DNA of 63,143 nucleotides, the filler included, from Octopus bimaculoides (lineage: Eukaryota): NCBI RefSeq assembly GCF_001194135.2. It is 5 parts of 4 records of this genome, joined end to end, with 100 filler letters (N's around TTAATTAATTAA, not from the genome) between each part and the next. Parts side by side here need not be neighbours in the genome. Positions count along the whole stretch, not along the records: positions 24,886 to 56,358 come from NC_069010.1; 4 more parts are not named here. One strand, given 5' to 3'. Below the pieces are notes generated by a model. That model saw only the letters and a list, made by a program, of their open reading frames with translations, searched no databases and was not told the DNA's origin. The position numbers were made by a program, and so were the translations under genes. The first letter of the stretch is position 1. Each line of letters begins with the position of its first letter. Below, one piece after another: positions 40,761 to 52,020 of the stretch.

Positions 40761-41014
40761 GTTGGCACTCCGTCGCTTACGACGTCGAGGGTTCCAGTTG
40801 ATCCGATCAACGGAACAGCCTGCTTGTGAAATTAACATGCAAGTGGCTGAGCACTCCACAGACACGTGTACCCTTAACATAGTTCTCGGGGATATTCAGC
40901 GTGACACAGTGTGACAAGGCTGACCCTTTGAATTACAGGCACCACAGAAACAGGAAGTAAGAGTGAGAGAAAGTTGTGGTGAAAGAGTACAGCAGGGTTC
41001 GCCACCACCATCCC
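40761..41014 (-). mobile_element. SINE family B, 3' part (head in gap)
   Basis: Near-identical to 39803-40050. Confidence 0.9.
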
Positions 41015-41679
41015 CNNNNNNNNNNNNNNNNNNNNNNNNNNNNNNNNNNNNNNNNNNNNNNNNNNNNNNNNNNNNNNNNNNNNNNNNNNNNNNNNNNNNN
41101 NNNNNNNNNNNNNNNNNNNNNNNNNNNNNNNNNNNNNNNNNNNNNNNNNNNNNNNNNNNNNNNNNNNNNNNNNNNNNNNNNNNNNNNNNNNNNNNNNNNN
41201 NNNNNNNNNNNNNNNNNNNNNNNNNNNNNNNNNNNNNNNNNNNNNNNNNNNNNNNNNNNNNNNNNNNNNNNNNNNNNNNNNNNNNNNNNNNNNNNNNNNN
41301 NNNNNNNNNNNNNNNNNNNNNNNNCAGTGTTTTTTCTGGTACTTAATTTATCGAACTCAAAAGGATAAAAGGCAAAGATGACCTCGGCAGTATTTTAACT
41401 CACAGGCATTTCGTTCAGCGTTCTACCGATTCTGCCAGCTCGCCGCCTTAAGTTCGTCAGGTAATCCCAATAAAACAGAAAGTTTCATTCAATCCAAGTT
41501 TCTTCTCAATCGGAGAATGCACAAGGGGATTTTCTTTTCGCACACAATTTACGAAGAAAATAAAGCGTGCAAAACTCATCAGGAACGAAAACTAATACAC
41601 CCGCACTGAAAGATGATAATGAAATAAAACTGTCAGACTGAACTCTTCAAGGATAGCAAATTAAACAGAAAATGCATAC

Positions 41680-41771
41680 CTCTGCTCCTGGACAGCTTGT
41701 CACTTCTGAACCATTGCACTTCATCCCTGAACATGTTTGACACTGTAAATTCCTTTGAAATAACGAGTAAT
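41680..41771 (-). CDS. aGPCR exon: LU/three-finger module, first part (YSLFQRNLQCQTCSGMKCNGSEVTSCPGAE)
   Basis: 92 bp, phase 1-0, ttctctAG|...GAG|GTatgc; LxCxxC start typical of LU domains; joins in frame to the 40246-40429 exon. Confidence 0.85.
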
Positions 41772-42106
41772 CTAGAGAACATAAATAAATATCCATATTT
41801 AAGAACCAAATAGTGTCATGCATAGCAATAACAAGAAATACTTTGTGATGTCAAGCAAATGTATACGTGTTAAGTGTTGGAATCAATATATGTCAGACTT
41901 ATAACACAAAGTATTAACAAAGACTATAAACATGTCCTTATATATTAACAGAGACTAAAAACATTTTCATAATATATGAACTATAAACATGTGAACAATA
42001 AACATGGTCATAATATATGGAGTGAGCCAAACAATATTTGAATAAAAATTAGAAAAGATTAGCAATAGTAAGTTGCTCTATTAAATATATAAGTTCATGT
42101 ATGTAT

Positions 42107-42451
42107 GTGGAGGCGTAATGGCCCAGTGGTTAGGGCAGCGAGCTCACGGTCGTAGGATTGCAGTTTCGACTCCCAGACCGGGCGTTGTGAGTGTATCTTG
42201 AGCGAAAACTCCTAAAGCTCCACGAGGTTCCGGGAGGGAGTGGTAGCGAACCCTGCTGTACTCTTTCACCACAACTTTCTCTCACTCTTTCTTCCTGCTT
42301 CTGTTGTACCAGCCTTGTCACACTCTGTGGCACTCTGAATTTCCCCGAGAACTAAGTTATTTGTTCACGTACCTGTAGAGTGCTCAGTTATCTTCACGAG
42401 TAGGTTGATCGGATCAACTGGAACCCTCGACGTCGTAACCGACGGAGTTCC
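42107..42451 (+). mobile_element. SINE family B, diverged copy with internal deletions
   Basis: Same tRNA-like head and ggatcaactggaaccctcgacgtcgtaa tail. Confidence 0.88.
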
Positions 42452-42523
42452 CCATTATATGCATGTATGTCATTATTCAGTCTTATTTCAAGATTTCTTG
42501 CCAATAGAGACAGAGCCGGTTTC

Positions 42524-42738
42524 GGATTTTTTTTAAAACGGGGGCCACATTTTTTTGGATCTTTTTTAAAACGGGGGCCACATTTTTCATTAACGAAACA
42601 CTTTGAAACTTGGAACACTGGTAGAATGTGTCATATAAAACATCTTTTTCTCTTAGTCTTCTTTAAAAAAAAAAGAAATCCCTAAGTTATTCCATGTTAA
42701 AGTTGTCGTATTTCTGTAATTTCAACCAATCACTGACG
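42524..42738. mobile_element. Second (partial) copy of the foldback element, with duplicated terminus, running into an N gap
   Basis: Reverse complement of 39560-39757 (gaaacactttgaaacttgg...aatcactgacg); terminal ttaaaacgggggccacatttt occurs twice. Confidence 0.8.
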
Positions 42739-43639
42739 NNNNNNNNNNNNNNNNNNNNNNNNNNNNNNNNNNNNNNNNNNNNNNNNNNNNNNNNNNNNNN
42801 NNNNNNNNNNNNNNNNNNNNNNNNNNNNNNNNNNNNNNNNNNNNNNNNNNNNNNNNNNNNNNNNNNNNNNNNNNNNNNNNNNNNNNNNNNNNNNNNNNNN
42901 NNNNNNNNNNNNNNNNNNNNNNNNNNNNNNNNNNNNNNNNNNNNNNNNNNNNNNNNNNNNNNNNNNNNNNNNNNNNNNNNNNNNNNNNNNNNNNNNNNNN
43001 NNNNNNNNNNNNNNNNNNNNNNNNNNNNNNNNNNNNNNNNNNNNNNNNNNNNNNNNNNNNNNNNNNNNNNNNNNNNNNNNNNNNNNNNNNNNNNNNNNNN
43101 NNNNNNNNNNNNNNNNNNNNNNNNNNNNNNNNNNNNNNNNNNNNNNNNNNNNNNNNNNNNNNNNNNNNNNNNNNNNNNNNNNNNNNNNNNNNNNNNNNNN
43201 NNNNNNNNNNNNNNNNNNNNNNNNNNNNNNNNNNNNNNNNNNNNNNNNNNNNNNNNNNNNNNNNNNNNNNNNNNNNNNNNNNNNNNNNNNNNNNNNNNNN
43301 NNNNNNNNNNNNNNNNNNNNNNNNNNNNNNNNNNNNNNNNNNNNNNNNNNNNNNNNNNNNNNNNNNNNNNNNNNNNNNNNNNNNNNNNNNNNNNNNNNNN
43401 NNNNNNNNNNNNNNNNNNNNNNNNNNNNNNNNNNNNNNNNNNNNNNNNNNNNNNNNNNNNNNNNNNNNNNNNNNNNNNNNNNNNNNNNCACATATATATA
43501 TATATATATATATGTATAATGTCCTGTACCCATATATGCACCTATATATACAGGTAGACGTAGGTATGCACATACCTGTACGGATTTTCTTACCCTCTTT
43601 TCACAAATGTGTACCAATACCTTACTTGTACCGACTACA

Positions 43640-43990
43640 TTATTTGATCTTCATGAAGTGTATCATATTGTCAGATTTTTTATATTGCTCAATTTTTTCT
43701 TGTTTCTTGGAATTTTTCTTGCTTTGATATTTGACATTCGCAAATAAGCTTTTTTTCGCATTCGAATTTTAGCTTCTAGTTTCTGCTGCATCTGTCCATG
43801 ACACGTCTTACAGTCATTACAGCGTTCACAGAGCATTGAGCAGCAATTGTGATGCTAGCATTTTGATAACCGGTACGAATCAGAATGACACATGGGACCA
43901 TTTTCCAATATTCAGATGGATCTCAGTCCTCCAAATCAGTTAACTTTTCTCAGTTACAACTTTATGCACTCCAACGCCATTGACTATTCA
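43640..43990 (-). mobile_element. Possible Tc1-family N-terminal HTH remnant
   Basis: RTGYQNASITIAAQCSVNAVMTVRRVMDRC weakly resembles a transposase HTH. Confidence 0.25.
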
Positions 43991-44099
43991 CCAATGCATT
44001 AAGCTTTTCATGAAACCCCCCCCCCCAAAAAAAACGAGATATAAATATCGTCACGTTTAACACTCTGCATACATACCTCCATCTAGCCATCCAATATGT

Positions 44100-44480
44100 T
44101 CATTATTCTTGTGAGAGTCCTGAAGATAGAGTCCTGAAGTACCTCCTGCATAGGGTCCTATCAGAAGCAATTGTCAACACACTTTCTGGTTGGTTTCTCG
44201 AACGTGACCGACTGCAACTATGGATATTATCTCGTCATCTGGTTTGGAGAGACGCCATCATCTCGGAAGTACGAATCCTGTCGAGTAACGTAACTCTAGA
44301 GATTATTCGGAGGAAACTCGTTTCGGCTTCTGTTATTTGTGATCCTAATCTTTCGGTCGTTAGCCATCTTTCATGTCCATAGGTGAGGGTAGGCATGAAA
44401 ACTGAACTGAAGATAGCGTGTAAGCTTTTTTACAAAGCTGTCCTCTTCTGAGGATCGAATGCTAGAGCATTTGTTGTCTC
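44100..44480 (-). mobile_element. RTE-clade LINE C-terminal remnant
   Basis: SVFMPTLTYGHERWLTTERLGSQITEAETSFLRIISRVTLLDRIRTSE. Confidence 0.7.
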
Positions 44481-44805
44481 TCGGGAGGGTCATTATGCCA
44501 ATAATAACCGCACACTCTGGTTCTATTTCACTTCTTTATTATTCGTCAATTTGTTAACCATTTGTTAACCAATTATTCTCCCAACGATGTATGATGGTTA
44601 GAGACGTTTTGCCGCCATTCGTGACCTCTTCAATGACCGTTTTAATTTTTGATTCTAGGCTTATGTAGTCGTACCGATGTGAGTGAGAATGTACGTGAGA
44701 GTGGGTGAGTTAGAAAGAGGGTGTGTCTCTGTACACGTGTGTGTATGTATATGAAACCCCATTCATGTCTGCGTGCGATATTGTGTATGTGTATGCAGGT
44801 CATAT

Positions 44806-44806
44806 A

Positions 44807-44861
<55 letters not shown>
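44806..44861. repeat. (TGCG)n microsatellite
   Basis: Direct reading; runs into a gap. Confidence 0.95.
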
Positions 44862-45735
44862 NNNNNNNNNNNNNNNNNNNNNNNNNNNNNNNNNNNNNNN
44901 NNNNNNNNNNNNNNNNNNNNNNNNNNNNNNNNNNNNNNNNNNNNNNNNNNNNNNNNNNNNNNNNNNNNNNNNNNNNNNNNNNNNNNNNNNNNNNNNNNNN
45001 NNNNNNNNNNNNNNNNNNNNNNNNNNNNNNNNNNNNNNNNNNNNNNNNNNNNNNNNNNNNNNNNNNNNNNNNNNNNNNNNNNNNNNNNNNNNNNNNNNNN
45101 NNNNNNNNNNNNNNNNNNNNNNNNNNNNNNNNNNNNNNNNNNNNNNNNNNNNNNNNNNNNNNNNNNNNNNNNNNNNNNNNNNNNNNNNNNNNNNNNNNNN
45201 NNNNNNNNNNNNNNNNNNNNNNNNNNNNNNNNNNNNNNNNNNNNNNNNNNNNNNNNNNNNNNNNNNNNNNNNNNNNNNNNNNNNNNNNNNNNNNNNNNNN
45301 NNNNNNNNNNNNNNNNNNNNNNNNNNNNNNNNNNNNNNNNNNNNNNNNNNNNNNNNNNNNNNNNNNNNNNNNNNNNNNNNNNNNNNNNNNNNNNNNNNNN
45401 NNNNNNNNNNNNNNNNNNNNNNNNNNNNNNNNNNNNNNNNNNNNNNNNNNNNNNNNNNNNNNNNNNNNNNNNNNNNNNNNNNNNNNNNNNNNNNNNNNNN
45501 NNNNNNNNNNNNNNNNNNNNNNNNNNNNNNNNNNNNNNNNNNNNNNNNNNNNNNNNNNNNNNNNNNNNNNNNNNNNNNNNNNNNNNNNNNNNNNNNNNNN
45601 NNNNNNNNNNNNNNNNNNNNNNNNNNNNNNNNNNNNNNNNNNNNNNNNNNNNNNNNNNNNNNNNNNNNNNNNNNNNNNNNNNNNNNNNNNNNNNNNNNNN
45701 NNNNATTTAATATTAATTTACCTTCTACAAATGGA

Positions 45736-46124
45736 GTGGAGGCGCAATGGCCCAGTGGTTAGGGCAGCGGACTCGCAGATCTTAGGATCGCGGTTTCGAT
45801 TCCCAGACCGGGCGCTGTGAGTGTTTATTGAGCGAAAACACCTAAAAAGCTCCACTAGGCTCTCGGCAGGGGATGGTGGCGAACCCTGCTATACTCTTCC
45901 ACCACAACTTTCTCTCAGTCTTACTTCCTGTTTTTGTTGTGCCTGTAATTCAAAGGGTCAGCCTTGTCACACATTGTGTCACGCTGAATATCCCCGAGAA
46001 CTACGTTAAGGGTACACGTGTCTGTGGAGTGCTCAGCCACTTGCACATTAATTTCACGAGCAGCAGGCTGTTCCGTTGATCGGATCGACTGGAACCCTCG
46101 ACGTCGTAAGCGACGGAGTGCCAA
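45736..46124 (+). mobile_element. SINE family B, full length
   Basis: Same head, body and tail. Confidence 0.9.
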
Positions 46125-46229
46125 TGACAGGGCAAGATAATATGTTCTCATTCTTTCTTCATTTATGAAGAGAGTGGGCAGGTGTCAGTGGTAAAATAGA
46201 AGCTTCAGTACAAGTTGGGACGGATAGGC

Positions 46230-46400
46230 CCTACCTTTAAGGGAACCAATGTACCACATTACATGTCTGTCTCTGACCTGGAACCCATAAAAGGGAGGCA
46301 GAAAAGAGGATGCCCTAAAATTAGCTGGAAGTAGGATAGTGGGGTGGAGTTGGAAAAACGGGGGCCCAACTGAAGCAGCCCAGATTTGAGAATAGTGGAG
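46230..46400 (+). mobile_element. Short RTE-like LINE 3' remnant
   Basis: KGRQKRGCPKISWK resembles the RTE GxRxRGRPxxxW motif. Confidence 0.4.
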
Positions 46401-46641
46401 AAAGGTAACCAACACCTTACAATCTATAAGAAGGGAAGGGATTAATCCTTTGGAATTTAAATGAGCCACATAAGGCCCAAATATTCTATCTGTTTTATGT
46501 TGATCTACACCATATCCGGATCTACACGATTGAAATCTTGAAGCTATGAGATAATGCATGATTAATTCAAAACAAGGCCAGATCCGGTCTCTCACACCTA
46601 CCCTACAATGTCATTCTAAAAATAAACAATCACGTCATTGA

Positions 46642-46723
46642 AATCTCCCTGAGAACTACGTTAGGCGTCAACTGGATCAACTGGAACCCTCGACGTCGTA
46701 AGCGACGGAAGTGCCAACAACAA
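46642..46723 (+). mobile_element. SINE family B, 3' fragment
   Basis: gagaactacgtta...ggatcaactggaaccctcgacgtcgtaagcgacggaagtgccaacaacaa. Confidence 0.8.
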
Positions 46724-46826
46724 NNNNNNNNNNAATAAGAAAAAGTAAATAAATCTGTTTTCTCTTATTCAGTACTGTCTAAAGTGCTCTTTGCTCAACA
46801 GAAACTGAACAAATGCTCATGGTTAC

Positions 46827-46930
46827 AGTACAATTGTTTGTTTCTTTGTATTGTTCTTATGGTAGCGTTGTCTGGACAGAAATAGGTTCCTTCAATCTGA
46901 CTCAGATTTCCTAAGCTAAGAGAAAATCTT
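46827..46930 (-). CDS. Possible exon bridging the LRRs to the LU module (RFSLSLGNLSQIEGTYFCPDNATIRTIQRNKQLY)
   Basis: Long pyrimidine tract plus cacAG acceptor, and its phase 2 to 1 fits the missing link. The donor T|gtaacc is weak and there is no clear LRRCT NPxxCxC motif. Confidence 0.25.
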
Positions 46931-47563
46931 CTGTGAAATCCCAACAACAAAAGATGGAAGATGATAAAATATAAAAATGACAAAACATTAACGAGACTCT
47001 GTTATGTTCACATCATGTGGTTTATATAACATTCTCATCTATAATTAAATATTATGGTCGATATAGGTACAGGCATGGCACGGTAGAAAGAAGATTGCTT
47101 GTCACAGACATTGATTCTTTAGTCCCATTTTGTGCCACTTTGGGTAATTGACGTCTACTATAACCTATAATTAGTCTAGTGAGTAAATTCGCTACCGGAA
47201 ACTGTGAGGAGGCCTGTCGTAAGTATACCTTTGTGATTATCCCAGAACACGCTTGACAACAGATCTTCGGTTGTTTACGTCCCCGCAAATTAGCGGTTGG
47301 CCAAAAATATTCTGATTGGTTTTATAACAGATTTTAAAATGTTAAGTATTGGGGACGATTTGATCAACTAAACCCTTGAACGCAGCACACCAGCATGGCC
47401 GCAGTCCAATGATTGGAACAAAGAATTATAAAAGTATACACTCCAATGGTAATGTAATGTTATAAGAACTCTTCAAAGAAAATAAAACGTGAATTATTAC
47501 CACACTGACTGTCTTCAGAACAGTTCACAACTTTAAGAATCCTATTCAGAGAGTATATAACAA

Positions 47564-47877
47564 TACTCTTTTACTCTTTTACTTGCTTCAGTCATTTGAC
47601 TGCGGCCATGCTGGAGCACCGCCTTTGTAATCGAGAAATTCGACCCCTGGACTTATTCTTTGTAAGCCTAGTACTTATTCTATCGGTCTCTTTTTGCCGA
47701 ACCGCTAATATATACGACGGGCTTCTTTCAGTTTCCGTCTACCAAATCCACTCACAAGGCTTTGGTCGGCCCGAGGCTATAGTAGAAGACACTCGCCCAA
47801 GGTGCCACGCAATGGGACTGAACCCGGACCATGTGGTTGGTAAGCAAGCTACTTACCACATAGCCACTCCTGCGCCT
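47564..47877 (-). mobile_element. SINE family A lacking the central microsatellite block
   Basis: Head and tail match the other copies. Confidence 0.88.
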
Positions 47878-48821
47878 ATGTTCATCTTTAACCGTTAGTA
47901 GNNNNNNNNNNNNNNNNNNNNNNNNNNNNNNNNNNNNNNNNNNNNNNNNNNNNNNNNNNNNNNNNNNNNNNNNNNNNNNNNNNNNNNNNNNNNNNNNNNN
48001 NNNNNNNNNNNNNNNNNNNNNNNNNNNNNNNNNNNNNNNNNNNNNNNNNNNNNNNNNNNNNNNNNNNNNNNNNNNNNNNNNNNNNNNNNNNNNNNNNNNN
48101 NNNNNNNNNNNNNNNNNNNNNNNNNNNNNNNNNNNNNNNNNNNNNNNNNNNNNNNNNNNNNNNNNNNNNNNNNNNNNNNNNNNNNNNNNNNNNNNNNNNN
48201 NNNNNNNNNNNNNNNNNNNNNNNNNNNNNNNNNNNNNNNNNNNNNNNNNNNNNNNNNNNNNNNNNNNNNNNNNNNNNNNNNNNNNNNNNNNNNNNNNNNN
48301 NNNNNNNNNNNNNNNNNNNNNNNNNNNNNNNNNNNNNNNNNNNNNNNNNNNNNNNNNNNNNNNNNNNNNNNNNNNNNNNNNNNNNNNNNNNNNNNNNNNN
48401 NNNNNNNNNNNNNNNNNNNNNNNNNNNNNNNNNNNNNNNNNNNNNNNNNNNNNNNNNNNNNNNNNNNNNNNNNNNNNNNNNNNNNNNNNNNNNNNNNNNN
48501 NNNNNNNNNNNNNNNNNNNNNNNNNNNNNNNNNNNNNNNNNNNNNNNNNNNNNNNNNNNNNNNNNNNNNNNNNNNNNNNNNNNNNNNNNNNNNNNNNNNN
48601 NNNNNNNNNNNNNNNNNNNNNNNNNNNNNNNNNNNNNNNNNNNNNNNNNNNNNNNNNNNNNNNNNNNNNNNNNNNNNNNNNNNNNNNNNNNNNNNNNNNN
48701 NNNNNNNNNNNNNNNNNNNNNNNNNNNNNNNNNNNNNNNNNNNNNNNNNNNNNNNNNNNNNNNNNNNNNNNNNNNNNNNNNNNNNNNNNNNNNNNNNNNN
48801 NNNNNNNNNNNNNNNNNNNNN

Positions 48822-49124
48822 AGTGGCTGAGCACTCCACAGACACGTGTACCCTTAACGTAGTTCTCGGGGATATTCAGCGTGACACAGTGTGACAAGGC
48901 TGACCCTTTGAATTACAGGCACAACAGAAACAGGAAGTAAGAGTGAGAGAAAGTTGTGGTGGAAGAGTACAGCAGGGTTCGCCACCATCCCCTGCCGGAG
49001 CCTCGTGGAGCTTTAGGTATTTTCGCTCAATAAAAACACTCACAACGACCGGTCTGGGAATCGAAACCGCGATCCTATGACTGCGAGTCCGCTGCCCTAA
49101 CCACTGGGCCATTGCGCCTCCACA
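48822..49124 (-). mobile_element. SINE family B (tail in gap)
   Basis: Head at 49124, body matches the other copies. Confidence 0.9.
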
Positions 49125-49424
49125 CCTAATTTGAATACGCCGTCTGGAATGTTACCAGCAGAAGGTAAGGGAGACTGATTCTAAAAGGGGGAGATGTTGT
49201 TGAATGATCCCTCCCCCCAAGTAACAAAATTGTACTGTCATTGTTATAAAACAAAGAACTGCCGTGGCGTCAGGAGTTCGTGTTGGTAGCAGTTCACTGT
49301 GTGCCGTTGATATAGAGCGTTGAGTCTCGTGTAATAGAAATAGTAGTGCATCGTGTCTATACTTTCTTTCCCCTTGCTTTGTGATATTATATATCCAATA
49401 CAAAGATATAAAAGTATAGAAGAA

Positions 49425-49790
49425 GAAGGAGGAGGAGGAGGAGGAGGACAAGAAGAAATCGAGAAGGAAGAAGAAATAGGAGGAGGAGGACAAGAATAAA
49501 TAGAGAAGGAAGAAGAAATAGGAGGAGGAGGACAAGAAGAAATAGAGAAGGAAGAAGAAATAGGAGGAGGAGGAGGAGAGGGGAAATACAAAAAGAGGAA
49601 GAGGAAGAAAAAGTACGAGAAAAGAAGACGAAGAAGAGAAGAACAACAACAACAAAAAGAAGAAGGGAAGAAGAAGGAGAAGAAGAAGAAGAAGAAGAAG
49701 AAGAAGAAGAAGAAGAAGAAGAAGAAGAAGAAGAAGAAGAAGAAGAAGAAGAAGAAGAAGAATGAAAGCAAGAAAAAGAAAAAAAGAAAT
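49425..49790. repeat. Purine-rich field: three 42-bp units (gaggaggaggacaagaagaaatagagaaggaagaagaaatag) followed by (GAA)n
   Basis: Direct reading. Confidence 0.85.
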
Positions 49791-49899
49791 TATATATATT
49801 TTAAGAGGGGGAATGAGAGAAATCGGCAAATAAGGTAATATTAAACATTCATAAGTATATTGTGAGTGAAAGATTATGAAGTAAATTGAGGCAACTTAC

Positions 49900-49971
49900 A
49901 ATATTTCTAAATTTTTGAGAGTTGCAAACCATCCGCTTTTAATGTCCGTAATGGAATTATGGTAAAGATTT
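49900..49971 (-). CDS. aGPCR exon: LRR 2 ((L)NLYHNSITDIKSGWFATLKNLEI-L)
   Basis: Exactly 72 bp, phase 2-2, catgcAG|...|GTaagt; LRR consensus. Confidence 0.9.
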
Positions 49972-50117
49972 CTGCATGATATAAAAAAAAGGACATTTTT
50001 TTATGAAGAAGAAGAAGAAAGATTATTATGTTTTAAGAGGGAGAATGAGAGAAATTGGTAAATGATTTGAGAATCATATCGTGAGTGAAAGAATAAAAGA
50101 AAAATGAGACGACTTAC

Positions 50118-50189
50118 AGTGTTCGTAAATTGTAGAGATATGCAAACGATCCGGGTTGAATGTGCGTAAAATAATTCCAGGAAAGTGCT
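50118..50189 (-). CDS. aGPCR exon: LRR 1 ((L)ALSWNYFTHIQPGSFAYLYNLRT-L)
   Basis: Exactly 72 bp, phase 2-2, aatgcAG|...|GTaagt; matches the 24-residue typical LRR consensus. Confidence 0.9.
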
Positions 50190-50859
50190 CTGCATTATTA
50201 AAAGGGACAAGTTTAGAAATAATAGAAAGAATAGATTCGTAATTCAATATTCAATATTGTGTCATAATAGTGAGAGTAATATGGAGAACAATTAGGACGA
50301 TGAAGAAGAAAGGAACATGAAGATGGTGGTGATGATGGTGATCATGATGACGATGATGGTGATGATTATGGTGATACTCATGAGGTTGATGAACATGATG
50401 TTTTTCTCTTTATTTTTTCTGTGAAGACAGTGGAGATACCCCTCCAGGTTAAACCAGAGGAGGTGGAAAAGTTCCCAGATCCTATTCTCCTAACCGATGG
50501 CGGAGTGGATTGGTGTTGTGGTTGAGGGCAGAAAGCAAAGATGCTACATGCGCTGTACTGAAGGCCACATCACAGTTTCTGTCCATAACAAAAATCGGAA
50601 GAAAGAAGATTCCCATCACTACTCGCACCGCGGTCCCAGGTGCAGCAGCAGCAGTAGTAGCTAGAACGTGTATCAGTAGCATCAGCAGCGATGAATAGAG
50701 GAATAATAGCAGTAGCACCAGCACTAACAACAATAACAACAGCAAGATCAGCAAAAGCGTCATCAATATCCTCAATGCAACCAAAACCCGCCACCCAGGA
50801 AAATATTCAACTCCGTCTCTTTTACTCTCACTCTCTCCCCTCCATTTTCAAATGCACAC

Positions 50860-51370
50860 ACGGATACGCGGAAAACACCTTTTTCACCCTTTTTGATATA
50901 CCCCGCTGACCTTGACTCTCATTGACTATAGGCCTGAATCAGAGAATTGCGCCCCAAGTGATCCAAAATGTTGGTGCAGGCAGAAGGAATGGCCTCACAG
51001 CACAGGGCTACGTTGACCAGATCCTAAGACCTCACATCGTGCCCTTCTTTGCCCGTCACCATAACTCCGTATTCCAGCAGAACAATGCTCTCTCTCCCAC
51101 ACGTCTAGGAACTTCCTGCGTTCGCAGAACATCAGAACCATGCCGTGGCCGGCTCTCAACCCGTATTTGAACCCAATTGAATACCTGTGAGATGAAACCA
51201 AGAGACGGCTGAACCAGGTGGTTCCAAGGCCGACAACTCTTGTGGAACTGGAAGGAGTTCTCCTCAGGGTGTGGGCACAGGTACGAATAACTTTTGTGAA
51301 CCGCCTCGTGCACTCCATGTACCGACAGTGTATTGCCGTTTTGAACGCCCAGGGAATGCAGACAATATTG
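50860..51370 (+). mobile_element. Tc1-like transposase remnant
   Basis: LTAQGYVDQILRPHIVPFF...VFQQNNA, MPWPALNPYLNPIEYL, RPTTLVELEGVLLRVWAQV...RLVHSMYRQCIAVLNAQG. Confidence 0.85.
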
Positions 51371-52020
51371 AACATGTTACGCCTTACAATCTCGATATGC
51401 TGGATCCGCCCACTACCACGACACATGACAACGACCTATAGACTGGTCAAAGCGCATCCAAGAAATTGACTTTATCAGATTTATCAAAATTTATCTCTGA
51501 CATAATGGAATCAAAACATATCTCACAATCACATAGGTCACGCGTTTCTTTTGCGGTTCAGTGTAAATAATAAATTCAGTATAGGTATACGTTGAATGAG
51601 AAACAATTTATTTGACTTCACAGTAAGTAATTTAGTAGAAAGTGGGTTATACATCTTTAGATTGTATACCTGACTTTCTACTATAAAATTGAAGAAATTG
51701 ACGGAACGCTGAACTCCAGACTAAACAACTTCCGAGTATAAGACCGAAAGATGTAGAGACAGCTTTAAACACACGTCCTTGCTCAATCGCTGGCCAGCGA
51801 GAAAGAGAATGAATTGAGCGGGAAACGCTTGCTTTATTAATTCTACGCATGCGTAAGACTACGCATGCGCAGGCGTTACTACAGTAACATATCGGTCTGT
51901 TTTACTTTAACATTGGGTTTAAAGCTGATATCAACAACATAAGCGATTATCTAAGAACATAATCGATGAGAATTTAAAACATTGGATGTGGAAAATATGT
52001 AGAAAGTATCAAATACTTAC

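Noticed and set aside
49130-49250. LRR-like words QYNFVTWGEGSFNNI and IPDGVF
   Set aside because: In-frame stops, wrong spacing to the LRR consensus and no 72-bp AG/GT frame.
49439-49564. Three 42-bp direct repeats as a CRISPR-like array
   Set aside because: Head-to-tail with no unique spacers, purine-only composition and eukaryotic context; it is a microsatellite-derived minisatellite.
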